Shown: positions 1 to 9,643 of the stretch, piece after piece
How the letters are laid out: each line of letters begins with the position of its first letter
Position numbering within the stretch: the first letter of the stretch is position 1
Source: an uncultured Bacteroides sp.
GTDB lineage: Bacteria; Bacteroidota; Bacteroidia; Bacteroidales; GCA-2748055
NCBI GenBank assembly: GCA_964458155.1
Contig: CAYWGP010000125.1
Span: 8,264 to 72,263, forward strand
Direction: 5' to 3'
Length of the DNA: 64,000 nucleotides
Translations under genes and position numbers: made by a program
Notes under the pieces: generated by a model
Databases searched by the model: none
What the model was told of the DNA's origin: nothing
Seen by the model: the letters and a program-made list of their open reading frames with translations, nothing else

Positions 1-1
1 T

Positions 2-238
2 GTTTTACTGGAGGAAGCATCCGTCTATATCATCCAGGATGAGGATACAATTACCTCTGCATCAACCGTTGAAGGATACTATGCCATGCCTGGAATCCCG
101 GCTGGCTTATACACCCTGTCTTCTACAAAAGCAGGCTTTGACACAGTTGCCTTTGAAGGAGTGGAAATTGTAGCAGGTAATCTAACGGTTCAGGATTTTA
201 CTCTTACCCCTCTTGAGGAGGATGAGGGAGAAGAATAG
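2..238 (+). CDS. 3' end of a gene running in from the left edge; carboxypeptidase-regulatory-like (prealbumin-fold) C-terminal domain
   Basis: Frame 2 is open from base 2 to TAG 236-238: VLLEEASVYIIQDEDTITSASTVEGYYAMPGIPAGLYTLSSTKAGFDTVAFEGVEIVAGNLTVQDFTLTPLEEDEGEE. The G-Y-x-x-x-G-I-P-A-G-x-Y-T-L pattern fits CarboxypepD_reg-like domains. Not in the ORF track. Confidence 0.7.
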   Translation, partial: VLLEEASVYIIQDEDTITSASTVEGYYAMPGIPAGLYTLSSTKAGFDTVAFEGVEIVAGNLTVQDFTLTPLEEDEGEE

Positions 239-262
239 TTTTAATTTACCAGTATAATACAG

Positions 263-292
263 TGAAGCCCGTTCAGTATTGGACGGGCTTCA
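263..292 (+). terminator. Hairpin, likely intrinsic terminator of the upstream gene
   Basis: TGAAGCCCGT (263-272) is the exact reverse complement of ACGGGCTTCA (283-292), extendable by T-G and C-G pairs around an AGTATT loop; 24 nt after the stop. The U-tract is weak. Confidence 0.6.
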
Positions 293-344
293 GTGTGTTA
301 ATTAAACTATATGCATGATTTTGAGTCAGAAATAGTAAATTGTT

Positions 345-3300
345 ATGTATCAGAAGGTCCTTATGCCGCTTAAAAAAATATCACTTTTGTTTGCCTTACT
401 TGGCATGATGCTTCCTGTTCTGCATGCCCAGAACAATCCTTACGGTTTGCCTAGCATCAGAAACTACCACTATGCACAAACAGGGGGAAGCGAACAGAAC
501 TGGTGCATCACCCAGGACCACAGAGGGGTAGTTTATGTGGGAAACGACAGCAATGGAATCCTGGAATTTGATGGCAGCGCCTGGCGCACTCTTCCGGTAC
601 CCAACAACGTCATAGTAAGATCATTGATAACTGGTGGGGATGGAGTGGTGTATGCAGGACTGGAAGGAGATTTTGGAAGGTTGGAGCCTGATAACAGCGG
701 GGAACTTCATTTTCGTTCCTTGTTGGACTCTCTTGCAAAAGAAAACTATCCCGATATACGCATCTGGAAAACCTATTACCAGGACAACAAAGTGTACTTC
801 TGTAGCATGGAGGCTATTTTTGTATACGATCCATTTAGTCAGGAATCTTCTGTTATTACACTCCCGGAAGACTCTTACTTCTCCTATTTCATTAATTCTG
901 AACTATATACAGCTAACTATGGACTCGGATTGATGAAACATACAGGGGATGAGTTTGTGATTGTTCCCGGATCTGAATTCTTTATGGAGAAGAACATATC
1001 CGGACTGGTGACTCTGGACCCGCAGACCTTCCTGGTGGGCACCTTTTTCAATGGATTGTTCCTTTTGAACCTTGAAGATGGAAGCATCGATAGTAGCTTT
1101 GTGAATCCCGCAGTAATGCAGGAATTAGTATCAAATATGCTGGTGGATCTGAGCAGAGATGACAGCTATATATACGTGGGAACCAAGGATATAGGTCTGA
1201 TTGTACTGGACACGCTTGGTAAAGTAAAAGAGATTATCTCCGAGGAGCAGGGTATGTTGGATAATACAGTTACACAGGTTTATATAGGTACTCAAGGCAG
1301 CGGGGAGAATTCTATCTTGATTGCGCACTTTAAAGGTATTAGCCGGGTCGATCTTAGCAGTCCGTTCCGAATGCAATCTATCGGACCAAGATCCATGGGG
1401 ATGGATGGCAGAGGTCAGGGTGAACTGATCACCGATATGGTAGAATTTGGGGGAGAGATATTTGTCTCTACCCTGGGAGGAATCCATCACCGGCCATACC
1501 TGAGCGACCGTCCCTGGTTCAGAAATATCCGGGGCGTCCGTGAGGAGATACATGATCTTCAGGTGGTACAGCCTTCAGCCGGGTTATCATTTTTAGTGGC
1601 CTCAGGAAACGATAAGACTTATATCTATGATCAGGATCTAAGGGTAAGCACATTACCTGTTGGAGGTAAAAAAGTGCTTGTCGATCCGGATAATCCGGCC
1701 ATTTTCTACACCGGAGATTTTAATTTCACTGGCTTTCAATACACCAGGGGCATGTGGAAAGAGATCCTGAAGGTGGAGGTTCAGGAAGAAATAAATCAAA
1801 TGTGCCTGGACAAGTATTCCTATCTTTGGATCTCCACATGGAATGGCTTACTCCGTCTGGATGCTACCAGGGGGCAGGACATGGAACTCACACCATATAA
1901 CAGCGAACAGGGTCTGCCCGAAGAGGAAAATCTGAGGATTTTTAAAGATCCCGTGAACCAGGAGATACTTGTAGGTAGCTCCAATGGATTTTACCGTTTC
2001 GATTACCTGAACAATCATTTTTCGTCCGATACGGCCTATAACAGCATATTGCCCGAGGGGAGGAACAGTATCCGAACTGTTCACAAGGGAGCAAATGGCC
2101 TTTACTGGTTTTCTTTTGACAATGAATTCAGAGGCTGGAGCACTCTGGCTGCCAGGCTGACAGCAGGTGGTTTTCAAACCATGTACGACCGTGCATTCAG
2201 AGCCTTAACTTCAAGAGCACCCACCGATGTTTTCTATACCGATTCTAAGGATCAGCTCTGGTTCTCAAAATCCAATGTGCTGTTTCATTTTGATGAAAGC
2301 CAGGTAAGAGATACAAAAGATCCCTTTGAAATACTGATGCGAAAAGTTAGCATACTGGGCGACTCGATCCTGTTCAATGGTTCTAACTATCTCATGGATG
2401 CATCCGGTAGGATCCAGCCATATGATGAACAGTTGGAAAAGACCAGGCCCAGTCTTAAGCATATATATCGCGATATTTTCTTTGCCTGGTCGGCTCCAAA
2501 TTACAGACAGGAGAGTCGGATCCTCTACAGCTACTACCTGGAAGGATTCAGCAGCGAGTGGTCCGATTGGAGTTGGGCCAGGTCGGTTAAAATCAACAAT
2601 CTGAATCATGGAAGGTATGTGATGCAGGTTAAAGCCAGGAATGTATATGGCGAAGAAAGCCCTGCTGCAAGCTACGCATTCAGCATCTTAAGGCCCTGGT
2701 ATGTCACCGCCACGGCCATTCTTATTTACATCATTCTGATCACCTCACTGGCAGTTTTTGTGATCCTCTATACAAGGAGCCTCAAATCAAGAGCCGAGCT
2801 TCTTGAAATGCAAAACAAAGAGATCGAGCTTCAGAAAAAAGAACTACAAAACCTGAATGAAGAGGTAACAGCACAACGTGATGAAATTGAGGCTCAGCGA
2901 GACTCCATTTCGAATCAGAAAGAGCTGATCGGCCAGCAAAACAGAGCCATGACCGACAGCATACATTACGCCCGCAGGATCCAGGATGCGGTGATGCCTG
3001 CCCCGGAGGTCATGCGCTATCTCTTACCCAAGCATTTTGTGTTTTACAGGCCCCGCGACATTGTAAGCGGAGATTTTTTCTGGGTGGATAAACGGGATGA
3101 AACGGTGCTGATTGCAGTGGCCGATTGTACAGGTCACGGGGTGCCAGGTGCTTTTATGAGCATGCTGGGCATTTCCTTGCTGAATGAAATATCCAGCAAA
3201 TACGGCGATCAACCCACCAATGAGCTTATGGATGAGTTACGTGATCAGCTGATTGCTGCACTGGGACAAACCGGCGACAAGTACGAGGCCAGGGACGGTA

Positions 3301-3698
3301 TCGAGATGAGCCTGGTGGCCATTAATACGCTTAGCAGGGAAGTCCAGTTTACCGGGGCAAACCAGCACCTCTATACTTTTCAGAAAGGTGAACTGGTGGT
3401 CATCAGGGGCGACCGCATGCCTGTTGGAATTCACGCCATGAGCGGCAAACTCTTTTCGTCTCACTCCATGAAGCTAAACCGTGGTGACTCCCTCTATATG
3501 TTCTCGGATGGCTATGCCGATCAATTTGGGGGAGAAAATAGGAAGAAGTACGGAAGCCCACGACTTAAAACCCTGCTCACAGATCTACAGCAAAACATCA
3601 TGCACGATCAAAAGGAGGACATCGAAAAGGAGTTTGACAATTGGAAAGGCAAGCAGGAACAGATCGACGATGTACTGATGATCGGGATCAAACTCTGA
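345..3698 (+). CDS. Membrane sensor phosphatase: periplasmic beta-propeller + Y_Y_Y domain, TM helix, coiled coil, SpoIIE/PP2C phosphatase
   Basis: Signal peptide; two-component-regulator propeller repeats; YSYYLEGFSSEWSDW..YVMQVKARN (Y_Y_Y); TM after RPWY; PP2C motifs RDIVSGDFFW, VADCTGHGVPGAFMS, FSDGYADQFGG, QIDDVLMIG. Confidence 0.92.
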   Translation: MYQKVLMPLKKISLLFALLGMMLPVLHAQNNPYGLPSIRNYHYAQTGGSEQNWCITQDHRGVVYVGNDSNGILEFDGSAWRTLPVPNNVIVRSLITGGDGVVYAGLEGDFGRLEPDNSGELHFRSLLDSLAKENYPDIRIWKTYYQDNKVYFCSMEAIFVYDPFSQESSVITLPEDSYFSYFINSELYTANYGLGLMKHTGDEFVIVPGSEFFMEKNISGLVTLDPQTFLVGTFFNGLFLLNLEDGSIDSSFVNPAVMQELVSNMLVDLSRDDSYIYVGTKDIGLIVLDTLGKVKEIISEEQGMLDNTVTQVYIGTQGSGENSILIAHFKGISRVDLSSPFRMQSIGPRSMGMDGRGQGELITDMVEFGGEIFVSTLGGIHHRPYLSDRPWFRNIRGVREEIHDLQVVQPSAGLSFLVASGNDKTYIYDQDLRVSTLPVGGKKVLVDPDNPAIFYTGDFNFTGFQYTRGMWKEILKVEVQEEINQMCLDKYSYLWISTWNGLLRLDATRGQDMELTPYNSEQGLPEEENLRIFKDPVNQEILVGSSNGFYRFDYLNNHFSSDTAYNSILPEGRNSIRTVHKGANGLYWFSFDNEFRGWSTLAARLTAGGFQTMYDRAFRALTSRAPTDVFYTDSKDQLWFSKSNVLFHFDESQVRDTKDPFEILMRKVSILGDSILFNGSNYLMDASGRIQPYDEQLEKTRPSLKHIYRDIFFAWSAPNYRQESRILYSYYLEGFSSEWSDWSWARSVKINNLNHGRYVMQVKARNVYGEESPAASYAFSILRPWYVTATAILIYIILITSLAVFVILYTRSLKSRAELLEMQNKEIELQKKELQNLNEEVTAQRDEIEAQRDSISNQKELIGQQNRAMTDSIHYARRIQDAVMPAPEVMRYLLPKHFVFYRPRDIVSGDFFWVDKRDETVLIAVADCTGHGVPGAFMSMLGISLLNEISSKYGDQPTNELMDELRDQLIAALGQTGDKYEARDGIEMSLVAINTLSREVQFTGANQHLYTFQKGELVVIRGDRMPVGIHAMSGKLFSSHSMKLNRGDSLYMFSDGYADQFGGENRKKYGSPRLKTLLTDLQQNIMHDQKEDIEKEFDNWKGKQEQIDDVLMIGIKL

Positions 3699-3712
3699 AA
3701 CTATTCCAGGCT

Positions 3713-6175
3713 TTAGCGCTTCTGAAGTGTGTAAACTCCCTGCTCTGCAGTTTTGAATGAGATGGATCCGTCCTTGTGCTTATTCACGGAAACAGTCTTT
3801 CCATCCTTTTGAACTCTCAATTTATCTCCTGCCTTGATCCGGCAGAGATGGCCATACTTCGAAAGGACCTCGACCCGGGTGATCTCCCTGTCCTTCCATT
3901 TCATTTTTAATTCAAACCCTCCTCGGGCACAAACACCATTGAATTCGCCTTCACTCCATTCATCAGGCAGGGCAGGCAGGAGATCAATGACTCCCTGGTG
4001 CGACTGGATCAGCATTTCGGTAATGCCGGCAGCAACACCCTGGGTACCGTCAATCTGCAGAGGGGTGAAACACTTGGCAAAGAGCTGCGGGTAACATTGC
4101 TCCGCGATGTAGCCTTTAAAAATCTGAGCAGCCCGGTTGCCATCATACAACCTGGCCCAGAGAGCCATTTTCCATCCCCTTGAAAACCCGGTCCCCCCGT
4201 CACCTCTCTGTTCAAGCACAGCCTTGCAGGCATCAATAAGCCGGGGTGTGTTTTTTACTGAGATCACATTGCCGGGATAGAGCCCGTATAAATGGGAAAA
4301 ATGCCTGTGTTTATCTTCCAGTTGTTCATAATCTTCGGTCCACTCCTGCAAGGTGCCGACCTTCCCGATCTGTGGTGGCACAAGTCTGCTTCCGGCTTCC
4401 TTCACGTTAAGCATAAATTCTTCATCCAGTCCTAATATTCCGGCTGCTTCCACATAATAAGAGAAGAGGTCGCTCAGGATCTGCATATCTATGGAAGAAC
4501 CATAACAAATGGTGGTAAAGTAATAAGAGCCTGTTACTTCATCGAAGAAATAGCTATAGCCCGGTCCTTTCGGAGGATTTTCAGGAGAGGTTGAAGGATT
4601 GGTAACTAACCATAGTCCATTGGGATGATCGACAAGAAAGTCCGTAAAAAACTGAACAGATCCCTTGATGACTGGATAGATCTCTTTCAAGTATTCTCTG
4701 TCCGGATTGAAAAGGTAGTGTTCATACAGCTGGGTGCATAACCAGGCTCCCCCGGTCGTGAATGTTCCCCAGGTGGGACCATCCATTGGAGCTGCAACTC
4801 TCCATAGATCAGTATTCTGGTGAAATACCCAGCCTCCTGCTCCATAATGCTCACGGGCAACCTGTGAGCCCTGATCTGTAAGCTCTTTGACCATTGTAAT
4901 CAAGGGCTCGGCGCATTCAGAGAGATTCCCTGTCTCCACAGGCCAGTAATTCATTTCCGTGTTGATATTGGTGGTATACTTCGAATCCCAGGATGGATTC
5001 ATATCCTCATTCCAGATCCCCTGAAGGTTGGCAGGCTGGGTTCCTTCCCTTGAGGAGGATATCAGAACGTAGCGTCCGAAATTGTAGGCCAGTGAGGCCA
5101 GGCTGGGATCGGGATAATTTGAAAATCCCTCCATTCTTCTGTCCGTGGGAAGGTAGGAGTTATTAGTAAGTGGCAGTTCAAGCGATACCCTGTTAAAGAG
5201 TGACTGATAGTCCTCAATGGCAGCAGTAAACATGCTTTTTACTGTTTTGTCTTCTATCTGTTTCAGGTAGCTGGCAACACGCTCGTCCTGGTCGCCGCTT
5301 ACATCCTTGTAATCCACAAAGTTTGTTGCAGCCACAATGGCCAGGGTCACAGCATCAGCATTCTTTATAATAAGATCAATTCCATCCACCTCCATGCTTC
5401 CGCCTTCCGGAATGGCTTTGAGTTGAGCTTTATACCGAATGGCCCCTTCAACACCCATATAATCAGCCGATTTTCCATAGACCACCAAACCATCCTGTCC
5501 TTCCCCATCCATCCTGAAATAATCAGTTGCATAGTTGGAGTGTGCCTGGTTTCTGCAACCTCGTAGCTGGGCTCTGAATGAGATATTGCCCGGTTTATTT
5601 GCAGTCAGACGTACCAGGATCACCTGGTCGGGAGCGGAGGAAAGAATCTCCCTCCGGTAGTTAATGTTGCCCACACTGTATTCAACGCAGCTGATTCCAG
5701 TCTCCAGGTTGAGCCATCTTCTATAATCTTCCACCTCTTCCTGGTTTTCGAAGAAAAGATGCAGGTTTGCGAGAGATTGGTATTTCTGCTGCTCCACAGG
5801 ATAGCCCATCAGGTGTCGCCCAAATAGTTTGTGCGCTTTCAGGGGCTCTCCTTCAAATAGATATTTCTGAATTTCCGGCAGGTATTCAGCCCCTCCCTCT
5901 ACTACCGTTGAATAGGGGCCACCCGACCAGTAAGTTTCCTCATTTAATTGAATGCGTTCCTCACCGTATAAGCCAAAAACCATGGCTCCAAGACGACCGT
6001 TTCCAAGCGGTAAGGCCTCTTCCCAGGATTCTGCGGGTGATTCATACCACAATATTGTAGCTGGATTAAAGCTTTGGTTATCAATGGACTCAGGCAGCAG
6101 GGCATCCTGTCCAGGAACATAGCTTGAAACAGACAGGGCAAGAAGTACAGGATATATCAGGATATTGGTCCTCAT
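3713..6175 (-). CDS. Glycoside hydrolase family 95 (alpha-1,2-L-fucosidase-like)
   Basis: WEEALPLGNGRLGAMVFG, IQLNEETYWSG, QPANLQGIWN, YTTNINTEMNYW, HRHFSHLYGLYPG; signal peptide; 820 aa. Confidence 0.93.
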   Translation of the reverse strand: MRTNILIYPVLLALSVSSYVPGQDALLPESIDNQSFNPATILWYESPAESWEEALPLGNGRLGAMVFGLYGEERIQLNEETYWSGGPYSTVVEGGAEYLPEIQKYLFEGEPLKAHKLFGRHLMGYPVEQQKYQSLANLHLFFENQEEVEDYRRWLNLETGISCVEYSVGNINYRREILSSAPDQVILVRLTANKPGNISFRAQLRGCRNQAHSNYATDYFRMDGEGQDGLVVYGKSADYMGVEGAIRYKAQLKAIPEGGSMEVDGIDLIIKNADAVTLAIVAATNFVDYKDVSGDQDERVASYLKQIEDKTVKSMFTAAIEDYQSLFNRVSLELPLTNNSYLPTDRRMEGFSNYPDPSLASLAYNFGRYVLISSSREGTQPANLQGIWNEDMNPSWDSKYTTNINTEMNYWPVETGNLSECAEPLITMVKELTDQGSQVAREHYGAGGWVFHQNTDLWRVAAPMDGPTWGTFTTGGAWLCTQLYEHYLFNPDREYLKEIYPVIKGSVQFFTDFLVDHPNGLWLVTNPSTSPENPPKGPGYSYFFDEVTGSYYFTTICYGSSIDMQILSDLFSYYVEAAGILGLDEEFMLNVKEAGSRLVPPQIGKVGTLQEWTEDYEQLEDKHRHFSHLYGLYPGNVISVKNTPRLIDACKAVLEQRGDGGTGFSRGWKMALWARLYDGNRAAQIFKGYIAEQCYPQLFAKCFTPLQIDGTQGVAAGITEMLIQSHQGVIDLLPALPDEWSEGEFNGVCARGGFELKMKWKDREITRVEVLSKYGHLCRIKAGDKLRVQKDGKTVSVNKHKDGSISFKTAEQGVYTLQKR

Positions 6176-6184
6176 GCTCAGATT

Positions 6185-6625
6185 TTAGTCAAACTTCACC
6201 CACTTTTCCATGTAGTAGTGATTTTTTACCGGCTCTCCGGCCTCATCCACCGGCCAGATCTGGGTCAGGGTATCATTCTTGATCTCAAGCCACAGTTTCA
6301 CCGTCTGCCCAAGGTATTCAGTAGCACTGTGATATTCTACTATCTCCTGGTAGTTGGTGCCTTCCAGGGTGAATTTTCCTCCCCCGAAATTATCGGTCAT
6401 GATGGAATCTGCAATAAACACTCCTACCAGGGCCCATCTGTCACCCGACCACATTTTGATTTCGCTTCCCTGAGACTCACCGGGGAATATCATCGTAGAT
6501 TGATCGCCCTTTACTTCATATTCATAGGCCAGTTTCCATGCACCTTCCATGGGCGATGGTTTTTCCCGGGTACAACTTCCCAAAATCAGGGGAAAAATCA
6601 TGCAAAGCAGCAGGAGTTTTTTCAT
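6185..6625 (-). CDS. Hypothetical lipoprotein (lipocalin-like/DUF4488-like)
   Basis: Lipobox LGSC after a hydrophobic leader; early EGAWKL motif typical of lipocalin-like Bacteroidota lipoproteins. Confidence 0.7.
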   Translation of the reverse strand: MKKLLLLCMIFPLILGSCTREKPSPMEGAWKLAYEYEVKGDQSTMIFPGESQGSEIKMWSGDRWALVGVFIADSIMTDNFGGGKFTLEGTNYQEIVEYHSATEYLGQTVKLWLEIKNDTLTQIWPVDEAGEPVKNHYYMEKWVKFD

Positions 6626-6754
6626 TCTTTCAGTCTTTGATTGTTTGTTTGGATTCAGATCGGGTTTCGTCCACTAAAACTACGACAGAATTTGAAATAA
6701 ACCAATGGAAAAACTTTATCTTGTCTACAGTTACTTTCAGGCCTTTTCCCTTTT

Positions 6755-7741
6755 ATGAAACAATTCTTTTCATGTATTCTGATCCTTTGCCTTTCATTGA
6801 GCGCCCTGGGACAGAAGATCAAGGGTGTGGTTCTGGATCAGGAAACAAATTTTCCCATTGATTACGCCTCGGTCTTTTTCGATGGCACATTCGTGGGAAC
6901 CACCACCGGCGAGGATGGAGGCTTTGAGCTGGACGTAAGTAAATATAAATCCAGGCCACTGAGCGTAAGTGCAGTGGGATATCATTCAGCTTCAATCACC
7001 AGTTTTTCACCGGACTTAAGGATTCAGATCTTGTTGACCCCAAAGGTATTTACGCTGGAGGAGGTAGTGGTCAGCACCAAATCCCTGGTCAGAAAGCGAA
7101 AGGCATGCATGCGGATCTTTAAAAATCAGTTTATCGGTCTTACCAGCAATGCCAGGAGGTGCTATATCCTGAATGAAGAGGACATAAGCTTTAATTACGG
7201 AAATGACAGGGATACTCTGCGGGCATTCGCCTCAAAGCCTATTCATATTCAGAACCTTGCACTGGGTTATGATATTAGCTACCACCTGGATCGTTTTGAG
7301 TACGACCGGCATAGCCAGACCACACTTTTCGTAGGCAACATTATTTTTAACCACGACTTGTCTGAAGATAAAGACAGTCGGCGGAAATATGAGCGGCAAA
7401 GAGCCTATGCCTATACCGGATCAAGCATGCATTTTTTCAGAGCCCTGTGGACCGATTCCCTGGAAAGTGAGGGATTTATTATCAGCAATTACAGGTCCGA
7501 GCAAGTTCTTCAGAGTGATTATATTGTTTCCCGGGACAATCAGGGCAGAAAATTCCTGATATACAATGAAGATATCAAAATCGATTTTTACAACCAGCTC
7601 TCCTTTATCTCCTTTCGCGAATATCAGGTGTATTTTGAGGAAGATGGTTATTTTAACCCCCTGCCTATAGTCTGGACCGGAAAGATGTCCGAACAGCGGG
7701 TCGCTGATTTTCTGCCCTATGAATACATATTTCCCCGGTAG
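6755..7741 (+). CDS. Carboxypeptidase-like regulatory domain-containing protein
   Basis: Signal peptide then IKGVVLDQETNFPIDYASVFF..GTTTGEDGGFEL..SAVGY..LEEVVV (CarbopepD_reg_2 pattern). Confidence 0.8.
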   Translation: MKQFFSCILILCLSLSALGQKIKGVVLDQETNFPIDYASVFFDGTFVGTTTGEDGGFELDVSKYKSRPLSVSAVGYHSASITSFSPDLRIQILLTPKVFTLEEVVVSTKSLVRKRKACMRIFKNQFIGLTSNARRCYILNEEDISFNYGNDRDTLRAFASKPIHIQNLALGYDISYHLDRFEYDRHSQTTLFVGNIIFNHDLSEDKDSRRKYERQRAYAYTGSSMHFFRALWTDSLESEGFIISNYRSEQVLQSDYIVSRDNQGRKFLIYNEDIKIDFYNQLSFISFREYQVYFEEDGYFNPLPIVWTGKMSEQRVADFLPYEYIFPR

Positions 7742-7792
7742 CGTACTGGTTTAACTGATCACTTTTATTCCCTTGCCCCTTATGCAGGTGCA

Positions 7793-9175
7793 TTATTCCG
7801 GGGGAATGTTCTGATTCATATGGAATGCATTCTCCGGATCCCATTTCTTCTTGACCCCGACAAGACGATCCCATACTTCTGTTGTGTAGGCTTCCCTGAC
7901 CCGACCCTTTCCCTCTTCACTGAGGAAGTTGACATAGACACCCTGGCTAAAGGGCCTGGTGGCATCATGGAACTCTCTGGCCCAGTCAAGGCAGCGATCA
8001 TCGTCGGCCTCGTCCCTCCAGCGGGTATGAATGTTGAGCAAAAAAGGTGTATTCCGGTGCGGGAAAGCTGTGGATACGGGATCAACACGGGACGGGGCTC
8101 CTTCCATGTGCGGGATAAACACCTCGGTCTCCCCGTGGGGTAATCTGGCTGCATAGGAGAGGATCTCCCCGATGCATTCATCAGATAGGTTTTTTAAATG
8201 GTGCGATTTCCAGTAGTTGCGGGCACCATGTTCTACCAGGCCGTCAAAGGCTGCCTGCCAGCCTGTCCAGGGCTTCATCCCTGAGCCATCCCCAATATTT
8301 ACCCCCTGATCGCGGATGGGTTGAAGAAGTTTTTCGCCTTCAGCCTGGTCACCCAGCCATACAAAGGGTATCAGCAGTACCAGTTTCCCATGATACTCTT
8401 CCGGGATAAAGGGAAGAGGAGGAGCGTAGCGAAGTACCGACCAGATGGTCATCTCATCGGGCATGGTGCGCACATAGTCCCGGTAAAAGCGGAAATACTC
8501 CTCTGCATCTTCAAATCGTTTGACAAGGGGACCTGTAAAAACTTCAGTTCCGATATTTGCGGCCTGAAACTCAAAGGTGGTAACAATTCCAAAATTCCCA
8601 CCGCCTCCGCGCATGGCCCAGAAAAGATCCTCATTTTCAGTGGCACTGGCAGTGACTATTTTTCCCTCTGCAGTGACCAGTTCCACAGAAAGAAGATTAT
8701 CGATGGTCAGACCATATTTCCGGCTTATCCAGCCAAATCCGCCTCCCAGGGTTAATCCTCCTGCACCGGTATGTGATATAATGCCAGCTGAAACCGCAAG
8801 ACCATGTTCCTGGGTAGCCTCATCAACTGCTCCCAGCAGACAACCTCCCTCCACTTTTACAGTTTGTGATCCGGCATCAACCTGCACAGCTTGCATAAGA
8901 GAAAGGTCAATCATCATTCCATTGTCGCAGACAGCATTTCCAGCCGAATTGTGTCCGCCCCCTTTGACCGCTATGGTCAGCTTATTCTTCCTGGCAAATA
9001 GGACTGCCTGCGATACATCTTCAGCATTGAGACATCTGGCGATCAGGGCAGGTTTTTTATCAAACATGCCGTTCCAGATGGCTCTTGCTTCATCATAGCC
9101 CTGGTCTCCCGGCATTAGGACATCTCCTGTGATCAGTTTTCTGATCGCAGGTACAGATTCTGTGTAGTTGCTCAT
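7793..9175 (-). CDS. FAD-binding oxidoreductase, BBE/VAO family
   Basis: ARAIWNGMFDKKPALI, AVKGGGHNSAG (flavinylation His), GGNFGIVT, C-terminal YVNF..KKKWDPENAFHMNQNI. ATG 9175 (MSNY) is preferred over the track start at 9244. Confidence 0.9.
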   Translation of the reverse strand: MSNYTESVPAIRKLITGDVLMPGDQGYDEARAIWNGMFDKKPALIARCLNAEDVSQAVLFARKNKLTIAVKGGGHNSAGNAVCDNGMMIDLSLMQAVQVDAGSQTVKVEGGCLLGAVDEATQEHGLAVSAGIISHTGAGGLTLGGGFGWISRKYGLTIDNLLSVELVTAEGKIVTASATENEDLFWAMRGGGGNFGIVTTFEFQAANIGTEVFTGPLVKRFEDAEEYFRFYRDYVRTMPDEMTIWSVLRYAPPLPFIPEEYHGKLVLLIPFVWLGDQAEGEKLLQPIRDQGVNIGDGSGMKPWTGWQAAFDGLVEHGARNYWKSHHLKNLSDECIGEILSYAARLPHGETEVFIPHMEGAPSRVDPVSTAFPHRNTPFLLNIHTRWRDEADDDRCLDWAREFHDATRPFSQGVYVNFLSEEGKGRVREAYTTEVWDRLVGVKKKWDPENAFHMNQNIPPE

Positions 9176-9376
9176 TTTAGTTGTGTTTTGGTAAAATACT
9201 TCAGGTGGGATGGCAATGCTTTGGCGAATATAAGGCAAATTCATATAACATGCACAAAATCAACATGTTAAATCGATGTTAATTATATATTAGACTTCAA
9301 CATTTTGCCGGAAGGAACCTCAATCCGGGCACCATAATACAGTCGAAAAAAACGGACTTGCATTAATAAAAATTTT

Positions 9377-9400
9377 GAAGGGGTAGTAAACACTCCCTTC
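9377..9400. terminator. Possible terminator hairpin downstream of the minus-strand DUF4954 operon
   Basis: GAAGGG-GT / AC-(T)-CCCTTC stem with a one-base bulge; TTTGTT follows on + and AAAATTTTT follows on -. Confidence 0.35.
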
Positions 9401-9643
9401 TTTGTTGGCTCGGAGACCGGTGCCACATTTACATGTACAGGCAATACCACCTATCCCGCTCTGGACTGTACAGGAATCATGGTGGGAACTGCCAGGGTCA
9501 TGCGCTATACAGCGGCAGTAAAAGGTATGGACCCCGGAAGAGGGGTCCAACCTGATTATTACTTTGTTCCTGCACAGAATGATCTGATCAGCGGACGGGA
9601 TGCTGTGCTTGACTATGCCCTTTCCCTGGCTGCAAAGAATTAG
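9401..9643 (+). pseudogene. C-terminal remnant (80 aa) of an S41-family peptidase
   Basis: Translates [80 protein letters not shown]. This matches the S41 tail pattern (F-x-G-E-E-T-G..GRGV-x-PD..DL..G-x-D-x-VL..AL). The frame is closed upstream by TAA 9335-9337 with no ATG before the homologous part. Confidence 0.68.

Noticed and set aside
9320-9550. 76-aa minus-strand ORF in the track
   Set aside because: No motifs; the opposite strand carries the recognisable S41 tail.
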